Of a stretch of 64,000 nt of DNA, positions 38,595-50,269 are shown one piece after another. Below the pieces are notes generated by a model. It ran no database searches. It was not told the origin of the DNA and worked only from the letters and a program-made list of their open reading frames with translations. The first letter of the stretch is position 1; the number at the start of each line of letters is the position of its first letter. The translations under genes were made by a program, and so were the position numbers. The stretch comes from Nitrospirales bacterium (lineage in GTDB: Bacteria; Nitrospirota; Nitrospiria; Nitrospirales; UBA8639): contig CBDBCZ010000017.1 of NCBI GenBank assembly GCA_965203295.1, positions 544,001-608,000 of the forward strand, read 5' to 3'.

Positions 38595-41500
38595 ATGGAA
38601 TTGCTACTGTGTTTCATGCTGGGGCTGCTAGCAACGTCTATAGGAGGTGAGCAACAACTATTTTCTGCACACCAATCTGCAGAACCTATCACTGTGATTT
38701 AGGTAGTGTGCATGTAAGCTTACGTGTAGTACAGTTTATCCTGCTAGTTAATATCGCAAGGAATCCTTCATGGTGTATTTTACTGTGCACATAATAGCAG
38801 CATTAAAAAAATACAGCAGTGTAAAGCATATCTTTACTACGTTAAAATGCCATAACTGTCTACATGTATAATATTTAGACTTGTTGAACTCGCTCGCTGC
38901 GCTTGATGTGGTCTGAATGTGATTTGATATATATGGAACATTTAGCACCTTCCAGTGGCAGATAGTAGTGCTGCTGACAGATCCCGGCCTGAGCCACTTG
39001 GAGGCAGTGTAGGCACGCTAGGATTACAGTGTAATGATTATAGTGTAATCATAGCGTGCCTATTATCATTACAGGCTAGCTCTTCACAGCCATGGCCTAG
39101 CGTACATAAAAAACACTAGATATTGCAAAAACATATTACAAGCACACTCACATCATTTTCTCTTCTCTCACCTTCCTCTCTCTGCCTTACATAATATTCC
39201 TACAGCTTTTTACTACCATTTTTTTGTACATTGTACTGTCTCATAGGCCATTCTTGGCCTGCTGCCCCTGTGGTGTGACGTAAAAATGTTTATCTGTCTA
39301 ATGGCACTGATTTAATGCAGCTCAGCATGGCTACTTGTATGTTCATACATAATCACGTAATAAGCATGAATGGTTACAATTATTATAAATGTGCACACTA
39401 CGTTTTCTTTTTGTGGCCGAAGTGTAGCTAATTGGGCTGTGTAATCTCTATGTGATAATGGTATGGAACGAGTATAGCATTTGCCAGCGGCAGTATAGTG
39501 CTGCTAACTGATTCCAGCCGGAAGCAGTGACTCAGAGGAGAGACTACAAACAACTGCTAGACCATATACAGGACCTTATAGCTCTACTTGGCTTTTACTT
39601 ACAGGACTATATTGCAGCTAACATTCGTCATCGTAAGACTACATGTACGTCTTGTAGTGATTCGCTGGCCCAGAGCATCATCTCGCACTCACACGTGTTA
39701 CTTTGACCTGTAACGCTGAACTTCCGCGGCGGTCAAAGTACTGTACATCCGGGATGGGAGCTCGTGCATGCGGCTTTCGTTTCTGTTTTTTTTTTTTTAC
39801 ATGTGCGCAGAGACAGACAGATAAGGAAATTCCAACTCGCTCAGCTCATCCCGTTTGATCATAAACTACCATGTTTGCCATGTATTAATTAGCAAACATG
39901 CATGTACATGTACATGTGTGATGATGATCACAGTATACAGGTGGTTGTAACCATACATAATGATTTAGGTCATGCTGCTAGCGTATAAAACTCTCCCCCC
40001 TATAAAACTTGGATTGTGAGCAGGAAATGAACAGAGGAGTACTGTTTTATTTATTTCACGAGCTAAAATAACACAATTACTCAAATTAACAATGTATCTT
40101 ATACTTCTCCTGTGCAGTACTTGCTCAGAGCGACTGTCTTCAAAATCTTCCTCCATTTTTTGGTCGACTTAATAGACCTCGTCTACCAAATAGAATCCAG
40201 GCTATTGTACCCAACTATACATTTGGTTGTCATGGAAGGGTGTTTCGTTGGGGAGCATGTGTGGAGCCTGGAGGTCGTAATCAACAATACATTCTCAACT
40301 TCCAAGTTTGGAGACTACAGAAATCCGGGCAAGAGTCATTTTTTTCTTTGATTGGATCAAACTTTGGGCAAAATTTAAGGCCCACCAGCAGATGTGTAAT
40401 ACTGGATGTGTCAGAAAATGATTGGATTGAAGTAGAACCTGGAGATGTTGTCGGCTTTTACTCTGAGCACATTTCCCAAAGAGGAAGTGGAGGAGGTGTG
40501 GCAGTTGACAGTAGTTCAGTTGGAGTTACTACTTGGTATAGAGAAGAAGTGTTTACATGTCAGGATTCACTTAACAATGCCTGTAGACTTTCCATTGGTC
40601 CAGCAGGGGACTTGCAATCATCAGAAAGAGATGGAGCTCCGATTATAACAGCTGCAGTTGGTAGGTAAAAACTGTAGCCCCCACTGTTCTATAGACATGA
40701 AATATACAAGGTAGTACACTGTGAAGAAAAGCATTTATCCCTTGCTATTAATATAATATTACATGGTATCGTAATATTAACATCTGTAGTTAATTGGCAC
40801 ACATTTAATTTATCTTGATTCAGAAGTTGAAGGCAGGATCATAGTATTTGAAAACATTGTTACAGTGATTCAATTGCTCATGCGCCTGCACTGCTTATAA
40901 TTTTGCTACTTTATTTCTATAGAGGTCTTAGTACCGCCAGTACCCACTACAGTTGCTGCCACACCCACAAACAGGGTAACATCCAACACACACATTGTTA
41001 CAGTAATGGCATCATCTACAGTATCTGGATCTACAAGTGTGGCTGCAGATGACATGGTACAAACACCAACAGCAATACCACTTTCAGAATCAGTCACTGT
41101 GCCGACATCAGAGAGCATTCTACAGCCATCATCCAACTTACATGCTATTATACAAACATCTCTTCAGAGTATTGCTGAAACACCTACAGTTGGTAAGGGC
41201 TTATTGCACAGATTGCATTATAAACGTATATTGCAATACGAGAATCGTTACCTCAATGACATAGTGATTGTGTATTTTATAGAATTCAATTAACATTATG
41301 GAATTATGTTAATCCAGCACCCAAGGTAGGGTGAGTGTGTTGTGGAAAAGACTTGAATAGCAATTTTAAATTAAAAGAATTTCCAAAAAAGACGTTGTAA
41401 ATGTGTAAAAAGTGCTTGAAGTGGAACAACCTATATATATCTCTGTAAAATACTTGAAATATGGCATATACTATGCATTTAATTGCTTGAATGTAGCAAT

Positions 41501-41993
41501 GTACAAATCAATCCAAAATATAATGATTGAGTATTCACTGCCTATTGAATCTTCTGTTCTAGTGGTAAACTCCACACAGGATGAACTAGCGATAGGTACA
41601 ATCATTGGAGGAGCAGTGGCCGGGCTTGTGGTAGCGATTCTTGCCACATTGATAGCCGTTTGGACAATTTTGTTTGTCAGAAGACGACAAATGACTACAG
41701 CCCATATCAGCCGGGAACCCCAACCAGAGGTATCTACTCGAAAAAGAGCCCTAACTCGGCCAATTTATGGTGATCGTGAACTTGCTAGTGATGCCACTAG
41801 CATAAGAAATGAAGATAACATCAAGGTGTCTCATAATGCATCCTATATTACAAACACCGCTGCCATCCCCATTTCCCAAAATGAGGCTTACGGAACACTG
41901 CAAACAGATGATAGTAGAGAGCATGGTTTTGACTCTAAAAAGCACCCTTCTGTTTACTATGACTATGTTGACAGTAAGACAGGCAGACATTGA
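38595..41993 (+). CDS. Kinase-less type I membrane receptor: signal peptide, domain X, S/T-rich stalk, TM, ~105-aa Tyr-motif tail
   Basis: Exons 38595-38646 ([17 protein letters not shown]), 40118-40660, 40923-41192, 41563-41993, all phase-1 junctions with an open frame. TM IIGGAVAGLVVAILATLIAVWTILFV-RRR; tail contains NASY, NEAY and VYYDYV. Confidence 0.8.
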
Positions 41994-42890
41994 CATTGAG
42001 ATACAGAAGAGCGACACTGTAGAACCTAGTTGAATGTGCATGACATTGTAACTCTAATATAGCATACCGCTTCACTATCATGCATGTGGCTGGTGGTGGA
42101 GCAGTATTGTGTCTCTAAAATATTTCAGGAACTTGTATCAACATATTATGTACGTGCGATTTGCTACACATGTACAGCTGCCTATAATCTAAGCTATTAT
42201 GTATGCATACAGTGAACTTCCACTATTCTTTGTAAGCTTGTTAATAGCTAGTCTCTTTACTTAATTAAACAGTCCTACCATGGAATGAAAAGCCATGTTC
42301 TGCTATCAATACTTTCTTTTACTGCTGTATGTGTGCGTCACGGATGTGACGTCACCTAATAGAACGCGATTATTGTGCGAGTATATGATATTACGTGACC
42401 GCCAATTTTCAACACTGAGACTGACGCTGAGATCGGAATGTGTATTTGCATGTGGCTAAATCAAAAGCTCTTCTGACATTGGCAGATGCTAAAACGTTCC
42501 ATGCAAATCACATGGAGGCGACTTTTCATTTCTATCCGTACAGAGCGAGCGCGCAAAGTGAGCTAGCCTCGTTCCCAGCCTCCGCACAGCTTTTGTCACT
42601 TGCAGTCTACGCTTCCGCTAAGTGAACGGGAACGGGAGATTACTGAGGCTCTCAGACTCAGTTATATCTAGATCTATGCCCTACTCCACATGGGACATGC
42701 ACGCACGCAACACGGCCTCTGACATCATTATGATGTCAACACCATAATGACGTCAGAGGTCGTGCGGTCGGTCGTAGCCATAGTTTAGCATCTGAAGGTT
42801 CATGCATGCCGGAAGTATACAGATCACGTAAAAGTGAGGCTAAGTGCTGCAGTATCGCTCAAATCCAAGCTAGTGAAATTTACAGCAGCT

Positions 42891-45800
42891 ATGGAATTGC
42901 TATTGTGTTTTATGCTGGGGCTGCTAGCGTTGCCTATAGGAGGTGAGTGTCTGTATTCCCAACTATTTTCTGCACACCAATCTGCAGAACCTATCACTGT
43001 GATTTAGGTATGTATTGTGTACATGTACATTGTAAACTCTTCAAGAGATGATAAGCTTTCTGAGAAATCCCGAAAAAAGCGGGACCCAGCTTGGGATTAA
43101 ACCCAGGACCATAGATAATATACCTCCTTTATCTATGCCAGGACCTTCAGAATACTAGTCAGATGCTCTTACCACTGAGCTACGTACTGGCAGAAGAGCA
43201 GTAGGCAAGCTTTATATAGCCACTAAACCCGCTAAGTCTTATAGCACTTGCCTGTAGGATCCAGCCAATTCCAGCTGTAATTACTTTTCATAGTACGTGT
43301 AGTACAATTTATCCTGCTAATTAATACTGTAACCTGAATGAATCCCTCAGGTTGTATCTTACTGTGCACATAATAACAGCATTTTAAAGTTGTGTAATTT
43401 AAAAGCATATACTTTGTATGCTAAAATGCCATGATTTGCTTTAATAATTAGGCGTTCAATACCTGACTAGAATTATATATAAGTGTATCGTATTTTTAAA
43501 CATAAAAAGTGTAGAAAGTGTGTGATTACAAAAAGTGTGCATAATCACGCTCTTGTCTGTAATGTGATTAGACATGCACCTGTAGTGGCAACCATACATG
43601 TACATGTGTGATGATGATCACAGTGTTTGTGGATACACATGTACATGTAGTCATGAATTGATGCAACCATATATATATACATGTCAGATGATGTAATTCT
43701 TCTACTTCATAGTATTTGTAACCATAGTAAGAAAGCACTCCAGTACAACCATGGGACAGGCTCCCCCCTGCAAACTTGGTTTGTTATTTTGTGATCAAGA
43801 AGGGTTGGGAATGAGTCAGACAGAAGATGAGTGCTGTTTTAGTTATTTCGTGGGGTTTGAAATAACACAAGTACTCAACATACCTATACATGTATTTCTC
43901 TTGTACAGTATTTTCTCAGAGCGACTGTCTTCAAAATCTTCCTCCATTTTTTGGTCGACCTAATAGACCTCGTCTACCAAATAGAATCCAGGCTATTGTA
44001 CCCAACTATACATTTGGTTGTCATGGAAGGGTGTTTCGTTGGGGAGCATGTGTGGAGCCTGGAGGTCCTAATGAACAATACACTCTCAACTTCCAAGTTT
44101 GGAGACCACAGAAATCCGGGCAAGAGTCATGTTTTTCTCTGATTGGATCAAACTTTGGGCAAAATTTAAGGCCCACCAGAAGATGTGTAACACTGGATGT
44201 GTCAGAAAATGATTGGATTGAAGTAGAACCTGGAGATGTTGTCGGCTTTTACTCTGAGCACATTGGAAGAAATAGAGGAGGTGTGGTAGTTGACAGAAGT
44301 TCAGTTGGAGTTACTACTTGGTATGAAGAAGAAGCGTCTACATGTCAGGATCCACTTGCCTGTAGTCTCTCCATTGGTTCGGCAGGGGACCTGCAATCAT
44401 CAGAAAGAGATGGAGCTCCGGTTATAACAGCTGCAGTTGGTAGGGGAATAACTGTAGCCCCCACTGTTCTAGGCATGTAATCTGCATATTATCCAAGGTA
44501 GTACTGTGACCCTCATCAGTTTTTTTGCCAGGAAAACATTTATAGTTTGCTATATTATATGCTATAGTGAGTATATTAATGAGGTGTATCTTTAGTTGGC
44601 ACACATCATCATACTCTTTGTTGATTCAGAATTTGAAAGCGGGTGAGTGTTTGCAAACATTGTGATTCAATTGCCCATGTGCCTGCATTTTTCCTACTTC
44701 ATTTCTATAGAGGCCATACGACTGCCAGTACCCACTACAGACACTGCCGCGCCTACAAGCATGGAAGTACATGTATACAGCAGCCACATTGTAATTGCAT
44801 CCTCTGCAGCTATTATAAGCAGTTCAGTTGCCACCACACCTATAAACAGGGAAACATCCAATGCACACATTGTAATGGCATCATCTACAGTATCTGGATC
44901 CACAAGTGTGGCTGCAGATGACATCGTACAAACACCAACAGCAATACCACTTTCAGAATCAGTCACTGTCCCGACATCAGAGAGCATTCTACAGCCATCA
45001 TCCAACTCACGCACTATTGTACAAACATCTCTTCAGAGTAATACTGAAACACCTGTGACAATATCAGTCCCACCTGCTCAACCCAGCACACCTATTACCA
45101 GTCAGTCAATCACACAGCCCGAAAGTGACAGTTCGCAGCCATCATCAGCCACTGGTATTATAGCAGGGGTAGTGGCCGGGATACTCCTTACAGCATTTGT
45201 CATCTCAGCTGTCATAGTGGCGATTATTATCATTGTACGAAAGCAAAGAAAAGTTTCTGGCAAACAATTAAAGGAGTTTGAAAACACATTGGACAATCCA
45301 CTGTACGCAGGTAAGACAACATTCTAATGTGTACTCTGCTATTTGAGTGATGTGCATGCTGGCATATACAGTGGCTACTGCCCTTTTGCTAGAATTTGTA
45401 CTCGGAAAGTCCTTTTTCATTCCACATAATAGGAGTGATTTCTGGTAGCGAACACCGCCCAACTATCAATGGCCACCTTGAAGCAGCCAATGATGCATCC
45501 CCTCAGTATGAACTATTGGCCCAGTACGAGGCACAGCCATATGAGGTTCCTTCGAAAGTGGACATCTATGCTTCACTTTCTTCCGAAGCAACACTGACTT
45601 CTAGATCCTTCGGCAAAGACACTTTGGATACGGCGAAGGTTTGTTTCTAGTTCTAATGGAATCCATGTTCTTGTGGTTGAAATGCTTATCATCTTGTATG
45701 CTACTGCAGAGACATAATGAGTGGGACATCTATGTACCAACTTCGGTAAGTCGAATTCTATCCCCAAAACTATCTATTGTTTGCTGTAATACTTTTTACC

Positions 45801-48800
45801 ATTACTATATCTTAGTGTAGGGAGGCAAATACTGTTTAAATGAGGCACAGATTATATGTGAGCCATGTTCACTAACTAACTAACAGTCTATAATAAGTGT
45901 TGTTCAGCTGACCCCAAGGTGACCCCAAGGTGACTGCAATTGAATGTGTGTGCATTACTGGACCACTGTATACACGTTGTTACTGAACACACATCTTAAA
46001 ATTAACATTTACAAAGTGTTCTTGCCTCCTCAAATGCATTATGAATTAGCATGCTATCACCTATTAACTACAGGAACAACGAAGAACACTGAATGCGACT
46101 GGTCGAGCAAATGGGCTCGAAGAAATATTCTGGGGATGTGAAACTCAGGATCATGTTTATGCAACGCTGGAAAAAGTAAGTATACTTTGTTCTATAACTT
46201 TATTTTATTGGCACATTGTAAAGAATGATGTGTTTGTACATGTAGGAGCTATGAAAGGTATGTCATATTGTCTACATGTATAGCACAATAATATTCACAA
46301 TTCAGACATTGTATTTTTAATACACTCAGGATGCTTCATATGAGCCAGTGCTTTTCTTTCAAGAAAGTGCTGTTTATTGGAGTCCCTCTTGCGACCAGAG
46401 TCTACTCTATGACCAGTTGTCTAGCAAAAAATACCGAGAGATACCCAGATACCAAATACGGTGAGTGTAAAGTTAACACTATCATTGCATGACAGTAACA
46501 AGTTACGGCATTTATTTCAAAAACATAGAAAGGAAGTTATATATAGAGCATAGAAAGCTGAGAAAAGCAGGAAATTGTGAACACAGTGTTATTACGCTAA
46601 ACAACTCATTCTGAGCATGAACAGCAATGTTGTATACTTTGGCTTTGCCTCAGCGTAGCTATACACTGCAAAAATCAAAGGATGGTTTCAAACCAACTGG
46701 GGTTATCTCAGTTGCAGTCTACAAAACAATGTGTACGTAAACAAGTAGAGCACTTTACCACCCTATTTCTCCAATTTCAGAAGAAATGAAAGATCCATTA
46801 GAACAATTAGTAACACATATCTTGTTCCTAGTCTCACCAAAGAAAAAAGATTTAGCTTGGCTTCCTGAGTAAAGTGATCTTATTGCACTGCACATAACTG
46901 CACATTCTCTGGTACTGGGGCTGCAACTGAGGTAACCTTATGTGGGTTTAAACAAATCACTTTATTTTTGCAGTGTAATAGCTACCTATTCTATTAGTCA
47001 AAAGCGAGTAGCTAATATGACATCACTGATTAAGACTTGATGACCCTATGTCAACATTCTCTGTATACCAGTACTCAATTTGCCAATTTAGTGAGTATGT
47101 ATAACCTCTTTTGAAGGACTACTGAGGTATTAGGATCCGGTCATTTCGGAACAGTGTCGAAAGGTGTTTGGCAGTCAAAGCTGGGCTCTGTAGACGTTGC
47201 AGTTAAGATGCTTCGACCTGAAGCATCCGAGTTTGACGAAGTACGTTTTCTCCAAGAGGCTGCCATAAACGGACAGTTTAAACATCCCAACATTGTGACG
47301 TTGCTAGGGGTTGTGACGGTTGGGATGCCGGTGAGTTTAAATTTTGTTGTGTTTTTTTTTTGTTTTTTGGCTTTTTTCACCCCACAACTGAGAATACAAT
47401 GTACTGTGCTACTACAGGCGATGATAGTACTGGAGCTTCTGCCAAACGGGGATTTGAGAAACTACCTTTCGCGTTTTTTCAGAGCTGGAGAGTCGCCATC
47501 CGCAAACACTTCCGAAATGTTATTGGGTTTCTGCAAGCAAATTGCTTCCGGAATGGAATACTTGTCCAGCAAGGCCTTCGTTCACAGAGACCTAGCAGCA
47601 AGAAATATTTTAGTTGCTAAAGATCAAACTTGTAAGGTATGAAATACAATGGCTGAGGCCTAAGCCCATCTGTCCATCTGTTCCAGGTGTATCACTCAAA
47701 GAGCCTCTGTGCTTGAGAGTGCTCGCACAATTAATAAGCATATGTACATTCTAAGGAAGTTTGGCCTAATAAGAAAGACATTAGGGAGGATAGTTCACCC
47801 CTGGTACAACTTGTTTTGTATATACATGCACCAAACAGTGCTTCCATAGCATGTGCGTAATAGTTCAATTCATACAGCCAGAGGTTAATGCCATGCATCT
47901 ATCGCATACAGCATTTTCTTCAATACTGTGTGCATTAATGTGACATCATTATATTCATGACATGCAGATCAGTGATTTTGGAATGTCCAGAGACCTGGAG
48001 AATGAAAGCTACTACATTTCGCAAGGAGGGAAGATCCCAATCAGATGGACAGCTCCTGAGGTGAGCTAATATATATAGGCTGTGAAAGCAATGCAGTAGT
48101 CTTCTCACTCACGATAAATGTCATGTTACCATGTAGGCTATATATTTCAAGAAGTATAGCACTGCCAGTGATGTGTGGAGCTATGGTGCCGTGATGTACG
48201 AAATTTGGAGCGTGGGGTACAAGCCATTTGAAGGTTATAGCAATCAACAGGTAGGCAGTTACAAATCTCTCCTCAGTTAAAGGACAGTTTGGGTGAGGGG
48301 TTAAACTCCTGGATCGGACTTTAAACTTTCCTCACCCAAACTGTCCTTTAACTATTGTATATACTTATGACAGCTGTAAAAGTTAGTAATAATACCTATT
48401 TGAAGTTCCCCAAGCTTCAGTTGTGACAGGTAAACCACTGATCGTGAACAAAGATGAGGTATTTGAATCCCTGGCTGGCAGATATCTATCGGATTTGGAT
48501 ACCTCATTAAGCAGGCATACTTCAAAGCATGACTAGGTCTAGTCTGTAACGTAATTTATCCACTACATGTGATGTCAATATTGATATCCTTAATAGGGAA
48601 ACATACATGAACGTCTTCTTTTTTTTTACATAGGTTATGACACTTGTGCCGACTGGATTTCGTCTACCTCCACCTCCGGGCACACCAAAGGAGATTTACA
48701 GACTCATGATTGACTGCTGGTATGCTTCACCTGCATGCATTCTTACATTGTTCTACGTACTATCAGAATCACTAAAATCCCCTGGTACTCAAAGAGCTGT

Positions 48801-49550
48801 AGTTGTGAAGTCCGACTAGTGGCAAGCGCATAGTCATCATTTGTCTTGGGTAATCGATACAGATAGTTGTGCACATTAAGCTGCAGAGGTGTGCATGTGA
48901 TGAACGTTATGCAGCATGGACCAAATAAGCTGTTTCAGTATTGGACTCTTCAGTAGGCACAGTGTCTTGTACGTATAGGATATACCACGTCTACGAGGAG
49001 TATAAACGCAGATATACTCCGCTAGACGGTTTACCCGAGGCGATAGCCGAGGGTAAACAGCCTAGCGGAGTATATCGCGTTTATACTCCGAGTAGGCGTG
49101 GTATATCCGGCTTATACAACATTTGACCAATCAGTGGAGTTGGTACCCAGAAACGCTGGGCTAGCATTCCCAGAGGCAGCAGTTATTTACGATGTCATAA
49201 TACATGAAAACATAAAAGTAGTATAATAAAACATGAAAACATAAACGTAGTATATGACCCTACATGAAAACATAAACGTAGTATATGACCCTTTATACTC
49301 CGCTTCTGCTCCAATCAAACACCTTGGATGTGATGTAATGTGGTATAAATGTATTTTATTCAGGCATCCAGACACATCCTCCCGGCCGTCCTTCACGGAA
49401 GTGCTAGAGGCACTCTCAGAGCCCGAGACTGATCTGCTGCGCTGGTCAGCGGAGGACACAGCAGTCCACCCCCAGGCTGCAGTGCTGGGGGCTCCTCTGG
49501 AGGCTGGTGTGGACCTCTACCCCGAACTTCAAGAGACATACTCTCAGTAA
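42891..49550 (+). CDS. Receptor tyrosine kinase: signal peptide, domain X, mucin-like stalk, TM, NPLY, Eph-like kinase
   Basis: Exons 42891-42942, 43909-44439, 44711-45310, 45433-45638, 45710-45745, 46074-46175, 46330-46460, 47117-47330 (GSGHFG, VAVK), 47418-47636 (HRDLAARN), 47968-48060 ([13 protein letters not shown]), 48137-48250 (SDVWSYG), 48634-48719, 49364-49550. Phases are consistent throughout. Confidence 0.88.
43030..43270 (-). mobile_element. Third copy of the tRNA-Thr-containing repeat, in intron 1 of the RTK
   Basis: Reverse complement matches 34330-34583. It is absent from the paralogous intron near 38710-38720. Confidence 0.75.
46664..46975. mobile_element. CACTA/EnSpm-like MITE
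   Basis: ta|cactgcaaaaat...atttttgcagtg|ta, with sub-terminal inverted ggttatctcagttgcag / ctgcaactgaggtaacc. Confidence 0.75.
48978..49108. repeat. Long near-perfect foldback palindrome in an intron
   Basis: ggatataccacg.ctac.gagtataaacgc.gatatactccgctag...ctagcggagtatatcgcgtttatactc.gtag.cgtggtatatcc with centre cccgaggcgatagccgaggg. Confidence 0.9.
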
Positions 49551-49708
49551 TTGCTTTCTCTACACATAAAACTAATCATATGTGCATTATTTTATGATCA
49601 CTAACAGGGATATCACTCTTTCCATCTTTCTGTATCACTTTCTGATGTGTTGCACTATAAACCATTAATGTGATATAGGAAACCTAGCTATGTAGTACAT
49701 GGCATATA

Positions 49709-49880
49709 CAGGGGAACCTCTCTAAATGGACACCTCTGAAATAAAGACATCTCTGTATTAAGGCTATGATCCAAAATTAATATGCTTTCTAATAAATTTA
49801 CCCCTGAAACGAGGACACCTCTATAGGAACCAGTCCTTTTACCAGGTCCCCAAGGTGTCCACATTAGAGGGGCTCAACTG
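49709..49880. mobile_element. Tc1/mariner-pogo-type MITE between the convergent RTK 3' ends
   Basis: TA|caggggaacctctcta...tagaggggctcaactg|TA; inverted relative of 8637-8814. Confidence 0.75.
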
Positions 49881-50269
49881 TAATTACGTACATTAGACTC
49901 CTGTTATGAAAATATGCAGTGCAGGCATGTAGTATATCATTCCTTGCATTGATTTCCATGGCCAGAAGTGTATGTGGTTGAAGAAATTGTCACTGCATTG
50001 CAATTCCATTGCTGGATTTTAAAACATAGTATTCTGAAACCGCAATGCATAAATTATGCCACACGAACATGTAATACTGAGCATGATAAAGAGCATTGTA
50101 TACACAGAGTTCCTGGAATTGCTGAATACATTTTATGTACACACGCCAGCAACAATAAAAACGGGTTACTTCCTGTTTGCACCATAAAAGCTAAGCCTAC
50201 ATATAGTCCTGAATTGCATGCATATACATGTACATGTACATGCTATTACGAACATTAGGCTAGTTGAAC

